Origin: Coriobacteriia bacterium
Lineage (GTDB): Bacteria > Actinomycetota > Coriobacteriia > WRKU01 > WQUG01
NCBI GenBank assembly: GCA_009781115.1
Contig: WQYT01000002.1
Coordinates: forward strand, 1 to 54,581
DNA: 54,581 bases
Reading direction: 5' to 3'
Of this stretch, positions 27,472 through 36,935 are shown piece after piece (the stretch's first letter is position 1; each line of letters starts with the position of its first letter). The notes below the pieces were generated by a model that ran no database searches, had not been told where the DNA came from, and saw only the letters and a list, made by a program, of their open reading frames with translations. A program made the position numbers and the translations under genes.

Positions 27472-28837
27472 GTCGTGTCACCCCCTCAAGGTCGTAGAGT
27501 AGCGTATCTTGAATCGTCACTTTCATGATAGCACCCGGCTGCGGCTTAAGCGCGCCAGGCGCGCCCGGATCGATCCAGACCACGCCGTCGATGTCGGGCG
27601 CCTGAAACGGCGCGCGGCCCTGCCAGCGCCCTTCCTCAGGGTCAAATCCCTCTACCAGGACCTCGATGGTCTGCCCCACGTGGGCAGCCGCGCGCTCCCA
27701 GCCAATCTCATCGGCGGCGTCGCGCAGGGTTTGCGCACGCGCCAGGCGGGTCTCCTCATCTACCTGGTCCTCCAGCGCCGCGGCGGCCGTCTCATCTTCT
27801 GGAGAAAACGGAAAGACGCCGACGTAGTCAAAGCCCGTCTCGCGCACAAAGTCGAGCAGCTCAGCAAAGTCTTCTTCGCGCTCCCCCGGAAAGCCCGTGA
27901 TCAGCGTCGTGCGCAGCGCCAAATCCGGCAGGCGGGCGCGCAGGCGCGCAATCAGCGCTGTGAACTGCGCCCGACCACCCGCGCGTTGCATCGCGCGCAG
28001 CAGGCGCGATGCGCAGTGCTGCAGCGGCATTTCAAGGGAGCGCACGACCTGGGGGTGTGTCGCGATCGCCTCGATAAGCTCGTCGGTGACACCCTCGGGT
28101 TGCAGATACATCAGGCGCAGCCAGGCCAGGTCGGTCTCTTCGCAGAGTTGCGCCACAAGCGCGGCCAGGGTCGGGCGGTCTGGCAGGTCGTGGCCGTAAG
28201 CCGTCGTGTCCTGGGCGATGAGCACCAGCTCCCGGGCGCCGCCTGCAACCAGCTGGCGCGCCTCTGCCAGAAGCTCATCGGGCGTGCGGCTCCGGTACGG
28301 TCCGCGGATCGCCGGGATCGTGCAGTAGCTGCAGGTCCGGTCACAGCCGTCGGCGATCATCAGATACGCAGAGGGCGCGCCAGCCTGCCCGAATGCCGAT
28401 GCCGCCGGATGCTCGTTGCCGGCTTCCGGCGCGCCGGCAGGCTCGCCCGTCAGCGCTTCGATCACGCGCAGCAGATCAGACTCGCCCTCGATCGGCACAA
28501 ACGCGCTGACCTCGGGAAGTTCAGCTTCCAGCTCACCCTCGCCGTAGCGATTCACCAGACAGCCGGTAACTAAAATGAGCGGAGAGGGGAAGCGACGGTC
28601 GCCCTTGTTCTTGCGAGCGGTGGGGAGGTCGCCGCGGTCTTGTGCGAGGTCCAGAATAGTCTCGACGGAGGCCTCGGCCGCTGTTGCAATAAACGAGCAG
28701 GTATTGACCACGATCACGTCGGCGTCGCGCGTATCGGCGCAAAGCTCATAGCGCGAGCCTGCGACCAGCGCGCGCATGGCGGCGCTGTCCACCTCGTTTT
28801 TGGGGCAACCGAGCGTGACAAACGCAACTGAAATCAT
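27452..28837 (-). CDS. rimO: Ribosomal protein S12 methylthiotransferase RimO (MiaB family radical SAM)
   Basis: FVTLGCPKNEVDS, CDRTCSYCTIP (CX3CX2C motif), a C-terminal TRAM-like region, and the actinobacterial ftsK-rimO-pgsA context. Confidence 0.8.
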   Translation of the reverse strand: MISVAFVTLGCPKNEVDSAAMRALVAGSRYELCADTRDADVIVVNTCSFIATAAEASVETILDLAQDRGDLPTARKNKGDRRFPSPLILVTGCLVNRYGEGELEAELPEVSAFVPIEGESDLLRVIEALTGEPAGAPEAGNEHPAASAFGQAGAPSAYLMIADGCDRTCSYCTIPAIRGPYRSRTPDELLAEARQLVAGGARELVLIAQDTTAYGHDLPDRPTLAALVAQLCEETDLAWLRLMYLQPEGVTDELIEAIATHPQVVRSLEMPLQHCASRLLRAMQRAGGRAQFTALIARLRARLPDLALRTTLITGFPGEREEDFAELLDFVRETGFDYVGVFPFSPEDETAAAALEDQVDEETRLARAQTLRDAADEIGWERAAAHVGQTIEVLVEGFDPEEGRWQGRAPFQAPDIDGVVWIDPGAPGALKPQPGAIMKVTIQDTLLYDLEGVTRHEKETA

Positions 28838-28849
28838 CAGGGTCTAGCC

Positions 28850-29356
28850 TCAGCGATAGTTGACATATTGCAGCGGGATGCCGTAGTCCTGGTCTTTGAG
28901 CCAGGTAATCACGGCCTGCAGCTCATCACGACTGGGAGAAAACACGCGGATCTTCTCGCCTTCGATCTGCGTCTTGACCTTGCCGAACTTCTGCGCCTTG
29001 ATATCCTTGTTCATCTTTTTGATGAGATCTTCGTCGATCCCGCTCACCAGCGCCCCGATGATGCGGATGGCGCCACCGCTTGCCGCCGCTGGCGCCGACC
29101 ACTGGACGGCCTTTAAATCGACCTGGCGGCGCACCAGTTTGCCGCCTAAGACATCCTTGACCTGGGTCGCCACAAAATCGCTGGGCGCAAGCAAGGTGAA
29201 CTCGTGCTTTTGCTTGTCGTAGTCCAGCTGGGCGCCGCTGTCCTTCAGGTCGTAGCGCTGTTTGAGCTCTTTGAGCGTCTGCTGCCAGGCGTTATCGACT
29301 TCCTGGAAGTCAACTTCCGAGACCACATCAAAGCTTGCGTCTTTTGCCATACTCAT
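28850..29356 (-). CDS. yajQ: YajQ family nucleotide/c-di-GMP-binding protein (UPF0234)
   Basis: SFDVVSEVDFQEVDNA..KQRYDLKDSG. Confidence 0.85.
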   Translation of the reverse strand: MSMAKDASFDVVSEVDFQEVDNAWQQTLKELKQRYDLKDSGAQLDYDKQKHEFTLLAPSDFVATQVKDVLGGKLVRRQVDLKAVQWSAPAAASGGAIRIIGALVSGIDEDLIKKMNKDIKAQKFGKVKTQIEGEKIRVFSPSRDELQAVITWLKDQDYGIPLQYVNYR

Positions 29357-29384
29357 GTCTCCTTCAGGGTAGGTCTTATAGGGC

Positions 29385-30200
29385 TTACGGGGCTGTCGCG
29401 TTCAGCGTTACGGTCGCCGGAGTCTTGTTGGGAATTGTCACGGCCTTGCCGTCCCGGGTCACCGTGAGCGCCGCAGGGTTTGCGATCGTAAGCGTCGCGG
29501 TCTGCTGCGCCGTAAACATCTGTTTCATGCCCGAAGTAAACGAGCCGCTGTAGGCCTGTACTCCGTCGCAGATGACGACCAGCTGGCTCGCGGTTCCTTC
29601 TTTGGCCTGGACGGTGAAGTCAAAGGGCTTGGTCGCAAGATGCTGGGTGGAGTCGCTCAGCGCGGCCTCGCCCGAATCCGCGCCCGCGCCCGCGCCCGCG
29701 CCCGCTCCCGCGCCACTCGCTGACCCAGCGCCGGCGCCTGATCCCGCAGACGACGTTGCCTCCTGCGAGGGCAGCGGCGTCTGCAGGGGGTTATCGGTCG
29801 AGCCGCTCCCCCGCACCGCAATAAGCACGAACACGCCAATCACGATCACCAGCAAGACCAGCCCCAGGATAAGAGCGGTGCGCCAGGGGATGTCATGCTG
29901 GTCATGGGTGTCGGTCACCGCGGTGTTGTTGATCGCCAGGCCATCAATCGAGCTTTGGCGTCGGTTGCCCGTGTCGATCTCATACTGGCGCAAGAAGGGC
30001 TCAGGGTTAAGCCGCAGAAAACGGCAGTAACTCAGGATATAGCCACGAACGTAGCCCGGCGCCGGCAGGCGCGCGTAATCGTCGTCTTCAAGCATCTGGA
30101 TCGAGCTCTGCATGACGCGCGTACCGCCCGCGACGTCATAGGTCGTCAGGCCGCGCTTTTTGCGCTGCTCACGGAGCATGGTCCCCAGGGTTACCGCCAT
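29385..30200 (-). CDS. RodZ-like HTH (XRE) membrane protein with a Gly-Ala repeat linker
   Basis: N-terminal HTH (LREQRKKRGLT), YVRGY, one TM segment, a (GA)n linker and a DUF4115-like C-terminus. Confidence 0.7.
   Translation of the reverse strand: MAVTLGTMLREQRKKRGLTTYDVAGGTRVMQSSIQMLEDDDYARLPAPGYVRGYILSYCRFLRLNPEPFLRQYEIDTGNRRQSSIDGLAINNTAVTDTHDQHDIPWRTALILGLVLLVIVIGVFVLIAVRGSGSTDNPLQTPLPSQEATSSAGSGAGAGSASGAGAGAGAGAGADSGEAALSDSTQHLATKPFDFTVQAKEGTASQLVVICDGVQAYSGSFTSGMKQMFTAQQTATLTIANPAALTVTRDGKAVTIPNKTPATVTLNATAP
29679..29714. repeat. Hexanucleotide microsatellite (CGCCCG)n encoding (Gly-Ala)n
   Basis: Four perfect units at 29681-29704, plus imperfect units on either side. In-frame within the RodZ-like linker. 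Confidence 0.85.
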
Positions 30201-32662
30201 CAGAACCCGCTCTCGTCAGGCTCGGCGTCTCCCGGGACGTGCGCTGCGCCCGTACCAGTACCGGCGCCCAGCATCTGGTCAAGTTCCTGGACCGTGACCA
30301 GTACCTCGCGCGGTTTGGAGCCGTCCGGGGGGCCAACGATGCCGTGCTGTTCAAGCATGTCCATGATGCGTCCGGCCCGGGAGTATCCCACGCGAAACCT
30401 CCGCTGGACCCCGCTGGTCGATCCCATACCGGCAGAGACCACCATCTGGGCAGCCTCCCACAACAGGGGGTCGTCGTCGTCAAAGCCCTCGTCGCCAGCG
30501 CCTCCTGCGCTTCCTGCGGCAACCCTTAAGATCTCTTCATGATAGTCGGGCTCCGCCTGATGTTTAAGGCGACCTGCAACCGCAGACACTTCTTCCTCGC
30601 TGACAAAACAGCCCTGGATGCGCTTGGGCTTGGGCCACTCCGGGATCAAAAACAGCATGTCGCCCAGGCCGGTTAGGGTCTCGGCGCCCGACTGGCCTAA
30701 AATAACGCGCGAGTCGATGGCGCTTGGCACGTTAAAGGCAATGCGGTTTGTAATGTTGGCCTTGATAAGCGGCGTGACGATGTTTGCGTCCGGGCGCTGG
30801 GTGGCAACTATCAGGTGGATGCCGCCGGCGCGGCCCAGCTGCGCCAGGCGCACGATCGACTGCTCGACTTCCTTGCCCGCAGCCATCATGAGGTCGGCCA
30901 GCTCGTCGATGACGATGACGAGCAGGGGCATGTCTCCTGCCCAGTCGGGGCGCCCGTCAGTGGAGGCCTCTGACTTTTCCAAGAAGCGATAGTACTCGTT
31001 GACATTGCGCGCGCCGGCCTTCTGGAGAGTCTTGAGGCGTCGCTCCATCTCAGTGACCGCCCAGGCAAGCGCGCTGGCGGCCTCTTTGGGGTCGGTGACG
31101 ACCGGCACATACAGGTGCGGGATACCATTATAGGTGGACAGCTCAACGCGCTTGGGGTCCACGAGCACCAGGCGCACCTCATCAGGGGTCGCGCGCATCA
31201 GAATGCTCATGAGCATCGCGTTAATGGCCACCGATTTGCCCGATCCGGTTGTGCCGCCAATGAGCACGTGAGGCATCTTTGCCAGATCGCGCAGAATCGC
31301 CTTACCGCTTACGTCCTTGCCGATCGCAAGCGTCAGGGGCGGCTCTCCGGCCTGCGTCTGGCTCAAGACGTCGCCGAGCGTCACCGAGCTGCGCCGCTCG
31401 TTGGGGACCTCGATGCCAATGAGGCTTTCGCCCGGGATGGGCGCCATGATGCGGATCGTTGAAGCCGCAAGCGCCAGGGCCAGATCGTCGGTGAGCGCGG
31501 TGATGCGATTGGTGCGCACGCCCTTGGCGATGTCAACCTTAAAGAGCGTGACCGTCGGGCCGCAGATCCAGTCGACCACGCGCGCAGGCACGCCAAAGGT
31601 CTGCAGGGTATCGACGATAGTCGTCGCGGTTTGCTCAAGTTCGACCTTCATATCGCGCGCGTGCGCGGCGTTGCGCTTCTGGCTGAGTCTGAGCAGACTT
31701 AAGGGCGGCAGTTTGAAGTCGGGAGACACAGCGCCGGAGCGCGCAGAAACCGGCGCTTTTGGCGCCGACGCCGGCGCCGGCGCCACAGCTGGCTCACCCT
31801 CGCCAGCAGCAGCAGCGCCGCGTTCGCCCTCTGCGCCATGCGCGCCGATCGCGATCGTCTTCTCGGCCCCTCGCCCGCCCAGTTTGCGCGTCTTCACGTT
31901 TGCCGCATCGCCGTCTGCGGCGCCGGGATCAGTATCAAAGGGCAGCGCGCCAACGCCAACAGCGCCAGAGCTGCGCCGCGCGCGCCTGACGGGCGCCGGC
32001 ATGGTGCGATCATCATGAAGATTTTCTGGATCAGCCAGGCCCTGGGCAAGCAGGCGGCGCTCCTCGCGCCAGGCAGAAATGCGTTCGGTCAGCGCAGAAA
32101 AAGAAAGCCCGCAGATGATAAGCCCGATCAAAAAGACCGCGACCAGCAAAATGGCCGCGATGGCCGTCCCAAGCAAGCTGTGCAGGCACCAGGCAAGGCC
32201 GCCGCCCACATAACCGCCGTAGGAACTTACCAGGCGCTCCACAAGATAGTAACGACCCGGCGTAAGCAGCGCGACTAAAGAGACAAAGGTGACCAGAAGT
32301 ATCGCAAATCCCAGCCCGATCCGTCCCTCCTCGATCTCGATGCGCGGAATAAAAAACGAGAGCCCCCAGATGAGCATGATGAGCGGAAACACAAAGCGCC
32401 CCACGCCAAAGGCATAACCCAGCGCCCGGGCAAGCGCCAGTGCCGCCACGCCGGTGTGCGTACTGACCACGGCGACAAAAAGCGCCAGCCCGCAGGCAGA
32501 AATCAATACGCCGATGATATCGCGCACGTTGCGCGCGTCAAGCCAGGGTGTTTTTGCGCCAGTGCCCCGACCGCTCCCCTTGCGCGCGCTTGCCACCGGA
32601 CGCTTTTGCGTCGCGCGCGACGAGGGACGCGAGTTCTTTTTGTTGCGAGCAGACGCGGCCAT
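30200..32662 (-). CDS. ftsK: DNA translocase FtsK
   Basis: 820 aa: N-terminal TM segments, a low-complexity linker, GGTTGSGKS, LVIVIDELADL, and a gamma wHTH domain (GSTSGVQRRFRVGYSRAGR). Confidence 0.95.
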   Translation of the reverse strand: MAASARNKKNSRPSSRATQKRPVASARKGSGRGTGAKTPWLDARNVRDIIGVLISACGLALFVAVVSTHTGVAALALARALGYAFGVGRFVFPLIMLIWGLSFFIPRIEIEEGRIGLGFAILLVTFVSLVALLTPGRYYLVERLVSSYGGYVGGGLAWCLHSLLGTAIAAILLVAVFLIGLIICGLSFSALTERISAWREERRLLAQGLADPENLHDDRTMPAPVRRARRSSGAVGVGALPFDTDPGAADGDAANVKTRKLGGRGAEKTIAIGAHGAEGERGAAAAGEGEPAVAPAPASAPKAPVSARSGAVSPDFKLPPLSLLRLSQKRNAAHARDMKVELEQTATTIVDTLQTFGVPARVVDWICGPTVTLFKVDIAKGVRTNRITALTDDLALALAASTIRIMAPIPGESLIGIEVPNERRSSVTLGDVLSQTQAGEPPLTLAIGKDVSGKAILRDLAKMPHVLIGGTTGSGKSVAINAMLMSILMRATPDEVRLVLVDPKRVELSTYNGIPHLYVPVVTDPKEAASALAWAVTEMERRLKTLQKAGARNVNEYYRFLEKSEASTDGRPDWAGDMPLLVIVIDELADLMMAAGKEVEQSIVRLAQLGRAGGIHLIVATQRPDANIVTPLIKANITNRIAFNVPSAIDSRVILGQSGAETLTGLGDMLFLIPEWPKPKRIQGCFVSEEEVSAVAGRLKHQAEPDYHEEILRVAAGSAGGAGDEGFDDDDPLLWEAAQMVVSAGMGSTSGVQRRFRVGYSRAGRIMDMLEQHGIVGPPDGSKPREVLVTVQELDQMLGAGTGTGAAHVPGDAEPDESGF

Positions 32663-33475
32663 TTAAAACTTCATCACTCCAATTATCAAAGTCGCGATAG
32701 CAAGCAGCCCCGTATACACGGCAAAACCGTACAGCTTCACGCGCTTGACGAGCGCCAGCAAAAAGGCAATGCTCAGGTAGCCAATGACCCCGGCCAACAC
32801 AAAGCCGATGATCGTAGGCGTATCCAGGCGCACGCCACCCGTTTTTATCACGTCAAGCCCAAAGCTTGCCACAATCGCAGGGATGCCCGCCAGAAACGCA
32901 TAGCGCGTCGCCTGCTCGCGATCCAGACCGGATATAAGCCCCGCCGCAATCGTCGTGCCGCTGCGCGAGATACCCGGCGGTATCGCCAGCCCCTGCATAA
33001 AGCCGATGAAGAGCGCGCGTCCGGCGCCCATCCGGTCAAGGTGCTTTTGTGCGACCCGACCACTGAGCACTTCTGCCAGAACCAGAAAAATCGTCGTTAC
33101 GATAAAGCCAATGCCCACCGCAATCAGATTGCTGTCAAGCGCCGGCATGTACTTGTTGAGCACGATGCCCATGGGGCCGGTTACCAGCGTGGACAGAACA
33201 ATGAACACAAAAATGCGACGCTGCCCTGCCCTATCATGGCGATGACGGGGCGCCCAACAACGAATAAGATCGATGATGTCGCGCCAGAAGTACGCCAGGA
33301 GCGCCAGGAGCGTCGCGCCATGCAACCAGATCATGAACGACAGGCCAAAATCACCGCCCACGCCAAAAAAGTGATTTACCAGCGCCAGGTGCCCTGACGA
33401 GGATATGGGAAGATACTCCGTCAAGCCCTGAACGATTGCGGTTACCACCGCATAGAGAATAGTTACGTGATGCAC
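32663..33475 (-). CDS. uppP: Undecaprenyl-diphosphate phosphatase
   Basis: LTEYLPISSSGHL, PGISRSG. Confidence 0.9.
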   Translation of the reverse strand: MHHVTILYAVVTAIVQGLTEYLPISSSGHLALVNHFFGVGGDFGLSFMIWLHGATLLALLAYFWRDIIDLIRCWAPRHRHDRAGQRRIFVFIVLSTLVTGPMGIVLNKYMPALDSNLIAVGIGFIVTTIFLVLAEVLSGRVAQKHLDRMGAGRALFIGFMQGLAIPPGISRSGTTIAAGLISGLDREQATRYAFLAGIPAIVASFGLDVIKTGGVRLDTPTIIGFVLAGVIGYLSIAFLLALVKRVKLYGFAVYTGLLAIATLIIGVMKF

Positions 33476-33511
33476 TCTTTGACCCTTCCGCTTTTTCTGC
33501 CCATATGTCTC

Positions 33512-35182
33512 TTACACTTCGATGATGACCGGGATCACCATCGGGCGACGCTTGGTCGACTCCCACACCAGCTGTGAGGCGCTGTCACGAATGCTTTTAC
33601 GCAGGTTGCCCAGCGAAGCATGCTCGCTTGTGGCGCGGCGCACGGCCTTTTTCGCCCGCTCAAGCAGCTCGTTTTCCAGGTTGCGATCCTCAGGAAACAC
33701 GACGCCGCGCGCAACGATCTCGGCCTGTCCGACCACGCTGCCCTGCTTGCGATTGACAGAAAGCACCAGCGTGATAATGCCGTCCTGGGACAGATGCTGG
33801 CGGTCGCGGATCACGACCTGATCGCTGTCGCCCACATTAAGCCCGTCAACGTATTTGACGCCATTGCTCACCTGTTCAGGCGCAATCCGCGCGCCCTCCT
33901 CAGTAAATTCTAAGACGTCGCCGTTATCGAGCACAAAAATGTAGTTCTCCGGAATACCAACCGCAAGCGCAAGCTCCTTATGCGCGACCAGATGGCGCGT
34001 CTCGCCATGAACCGGCACGAAGTACTCGGGCTTGATGAGGTTTAACATGAGCTTCAGCTCCTCAGCTGAGGCGTGCCCGGACACATGGACCTCCGCGCGA
34101 TCCTTGTCATAGACGTCTGCGCCGATCTTCATCAGACGATTGATAACGGTACCCACGGCTTTTTCGTTGCCCGGAACCGGCGAAGCCGAGAGGATGATCG
34201 TGTCTTCTGAGCCAATGGAGATGGTGCGATGCTCCCCCATCGCCATGCGCGCCAGCGCGGAGAGCGGCTCTCCCTGGCTGCCCGTACACATGATCACGAC
34301 TTCTTCCGGACGCAGGTTCTTGAGCTCGTAGGCGTCGATCAGATCGTCCTCTTTGATAGTCAAATAGCCCATATCGCGCGCAATTTTAACATTTTGCAGC
34401 ATCGAGCGCCCCGTGACCACGACCTTGCGGTGTGCGGCGGCGGCGGCGTCTGCCACCTGCTGCAGGCGGTGGATGTGGCTGGCAAAGGAGGCGACGATCA
34501 CCGAGCCTTTTGCCTGAGAGATAATGCGCGTAAGCTCACGGCCAACCACGGCCTCGCTGCGCGTGATGTCGGCGTGCTCTGCATTGGTGGAATCGCTCAT
34601 CAGGAGCATGACCCCCTGGCGGCCCAGCTTGGCCAGCGCCGCGTAGTCGGTCAGGCGGCCATCAATGGGCGTCTGGTCAAACTTGAAGTCCCCCGTGTGC
34701 AAGACGTTACCCACCGGAGTGCGCACACAGACGGCAATCGCGTCAGGAATCGAGTGGTTGACGGCGATGAAATCAAGCCCAAAGACGCCGCGACTCATGT
34801 GCACGCCGTCTTTTATCTCGTGATAGCGGACCTTCTTTACGCCGTGTTCTTCAAGTTTTCCCTTAATAAGGCCCAGGGTAAGTTTGGTCGCGATAATGGG
34901 AACGACGCGGTCAAGGTCCTTGAGGAGATAGGGCAAGGCGCCCGTGTGATCTTCGTGCCCATGGGTCACGACGATCCCCCGGAGCTTCTCCGCATTATCA
35001 ATCAAGTAAGAATAGTCGGGCAGGATCAGGTCAATTCCGGGATGATCATCATCGGGAAACATCAATCCTGCGTCGATGACAATCATATCGTTATCATATT
35101 CAAGCACCGTCATGTTCTTGCCGATGCCGTCAAGCCCCCCCAGAGGGATGACTCGCAATGCTTTTTTGCGTTCTTGCGTCAT
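33512..35182 (-). CDS. rnj: Ribonuclease J
   Basis: Metallo-beta-lactamase/beta-CASP fold: THGHEDHTGALPYLL, SDSTNAE, VSGHASAEE. Confidence 0.92.
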   Translation of the reverse strand: MTQERKKALRVIPLGGLDGIGKNMTVLEYDNDMIVIDAGLMFPDDDHPGIDLILPDYSYLIDNAEKLRGIVVTHGHEDHTGALPYLLKDLDRVVPIIATKLTLGLIKGKLEEHGVKKVRYHEIKDGVHMSRGVFGLDFIAVNHSIPDAIAVCVRTPVGNVLHTGDFKFDQTPIDGRLTDYAALAKLGRQGVMLLMSDSTNAEHADITRSEAVVGRELTRIISQAKGSVIVASFASHIHRLQQVADAAAAAHRKVVVTGRSMLQNVKIARDMGYLTIKEDDLIDAYELKNLRPEEVVIMCTGSQGEPLSALARMAMGEHRTISIGSEDTIILSASPVPGNEKAVGTVINRLMKIGADVYDKDRAEVHVSGHASAEELKLMLNLIKPEYFVPVHGETRHLVAHKELALAVGIPENYIFVLDNGDVLEFTEEGARIAPEQVSNGVKYVDGLNVGDSDQVVIRDRQHLSQDGIITLVLSVNRKQGSVVGQAEIVARGVVFPEDRNLENELLERAKKAVRRATSEHASLGNLRKSIRDSASQLVWESTKRRPMVIPVIIEV

Positions 35183-35186
35183 ATGC

Positions 35187-36104
35187 TCAGCAGTAATTCC
35201 TTTCCTTGAGTTTTGAGCGCACGGGCTCCCAGGCTTCGCGCAGAGCGTTGATTTGTTCGGTGGTGGCCTCGATCAGCGGCAGGCGCAGGCCTCCCACATC
35301 AAAGCCGTCCATCTTAAGCGCGGCCTTCACCATAATGGGATTGGCGGTCATAAACAGCGCCTTGTGCAGCGGCGCCAGTATTGCGTTGATCTCTTCTGCC
35401 GTATGCAGGTCGCCCGCGACATAGGCGTCGATCATCTTCATCATCGGCGCGGCGGCCACATGGGCCGTCACCGAGATCACGCCGCTGCCCCCGTGCTTCA
35501 TCATCTCCAAGGTGAGGTCGTCGTCACCGGACAGCACCTCAAAGCCCTCCGGCGTCTGCGCTAAAATCGCGTCGACCTGGCCCAGGTCGCTATTGGCCTG
35601 CTTGACCGCCACGATGTTGGGCGCCTCTGTTGCCAGGCGTCCGATGGTGTCGGGTTCTATGTTGATGACGCAGCGCCCGGGAATGTTATAGAGCACAACC
35701 GGCGTATTGGGGACCGCTTCTGCCACCGCGCGGAAGTGGCGATAGAGGCCTTCCTGCGGCGGTTTGTTGTAGTACGGCGTCACCACCAGCAGACCTTCAA
35801 AGCCCATCTGCGCGACCTTGCGGGCAAACTCAACGCTGTCCTGCGTGCAGTTATCGCCCACGTTGGCAACCAGCGGCACCTGGCCGCCGACGGCATCACG
35901 CACCGTCGCAAAAAGCTCCAGGCGCTCAGGGCGCGATATGGTGGGGGACTCCCCCGTGGTACCGTTGATGATCAGGCCTTCGCACCCCTGCTGGACCAGG
36001 CGGCGCGCAAGCTGGGCCGCGCGCGGTAAATCGAGGCTTAAATCGGGGGTGAAAGGCGTCACCATGGCCGTAAGTAAACGACCGAAACGTGGCTGCTGTG
36101 ACAT
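35187..36104 (-). CDS. dapA: 4-hydroxy-tetrahydrodipicolinate synthase
   Basis: TAMVTPF, INGTTGES, YNIPGR, KQAN (the Schiff-base Lys region). Confidence 0.92.
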   Translation of the reverse strand: MSQQPRFGRLLTAMVTPFTPDLSLDLPRAAQLARRLVQQGCEGLIINGTTGESPTISRPERLELFATVRDAVGGQVPLVANVGDNCTQDSVEFARKVAQMGFEGLLVVTPYYNKPPQEGLYRHFRAVAEAVPNTPVVLYNIPGRCVINIEPDTIGRLATEAPNIVAVKQANSDLGQVDAILAQTPEGFEVLSGDDDLTLEMMKHGGSGVISVTAHVAAAPMMKMIDAYVAGDLHTAEEINAILAPLHKALFMTANPIMVKAALKMDGFDVGGLRLPLIEATTEQINALREAWEPVRSKLKERNYC

Positions 36105-36152
36105 GCGTGCTCCTTTATTACAGTATGCTACGCACTATTTTCTCACAGAGCG

Positions 36153-36797
36153 CTACATATCAGTGCGCCAGGACTTAACCGTTCGGTATCGGAGTTTCAC
36201 GAAGCCGCCGGGCTTCTGCGCGCACTGCCGCAGGTCAAAGCCCTGTTTGCGGAGATCTGGCCCGGATACCAGGGGCAGGCCGGCGCCCAGCAGGATCGGC
36301 TGGATGTGGAGTTGGAGCTCGTCGACCAGGCCCGCAGCCAGCAGAGTCGAGGCCAGGCGCGCCCCGCCGCCCAGCCAGAGGGGACCTGCGGCGGCGGGAG
36401 TGGGCGGGTCAGCGGGAGTGGGAGCGTCAGCAGCGGGAGAGTCAGCGGGAGGAGTAGCCGCGTCAGCGTTGGGAGCGGGCAGGTCCTGGAGCTTCAGGCG
36501 CGCCACGAAGACTTCGGGGGCGACGTCGCTTACGATCTGCACATTGTCAGCCGCGCGTTTCAAGTTCGCGTTGCTGCTGAACACGTAGACCGGCTTGTCC
36601 GCGTAAGGAAAGAAGTCTCCGGTATCAAGCATCTGCTCATAGGTTTTGCGACCCAGCAGCAAGGCGCTGACGCCGCTATAGAACTCCGCAAAACCGTAGT
36701 CCTCGTTAGCCGCACCATGCATCCAGGACGTCGAGCCCTCGGCGTCGGCCACATAGCCATCCAGGCTGATCGTGCAGTAATAGATAAGCTCACGCAT
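36153..36797 (-). CDS. Dihydrofolate reductase-like (RibD C-terminal domain) protein with a Pro/Ala-rich insertion
   Basis: MRELIYYCTISLDGYVA..LLLGRKTYE..YVFSS..LWLGGGARLA..DELQLHIQPILLG. The start was trimmed to the ATG at 36797. There is an internal low-complexity insert of about 30 aa (PAPNADAATPPADSPAADAPTPADPPTPAAAG). Confidence 0.65.
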   Translation of the reverse strand: MRELIYYCTISLDGYVADAEGSTSWMHGAANEDYGFAEFYSGVSALLLGRKTYEQMLDTGDFFPYADKPVYVFSSNANLKRAADNVQIVSDVAPEVFVARLKLQDLPAPNADAATPPADSPAADAPTPADPPTPAAAGPLWLGGGARLASTLLAAGLVDELQLHIQPILLGAGLPLVSGPDLRKQGFDLRQCAQKPGGFVKLRYRTVKSWRTDM

Positions 36798-36935
36798 CGT
36801 CGGCGCACCCCTTCTCATCGTCCGCAACGAGGAATGGCGCGGAGGCGCCATGACGCGGCAATCCAGTAATTTGCGAGCGATAGCGAGCACTCATCCAGCG
36901 CGAACATAAAAGAACTGTCCCCCTGTGTTCCAGGC

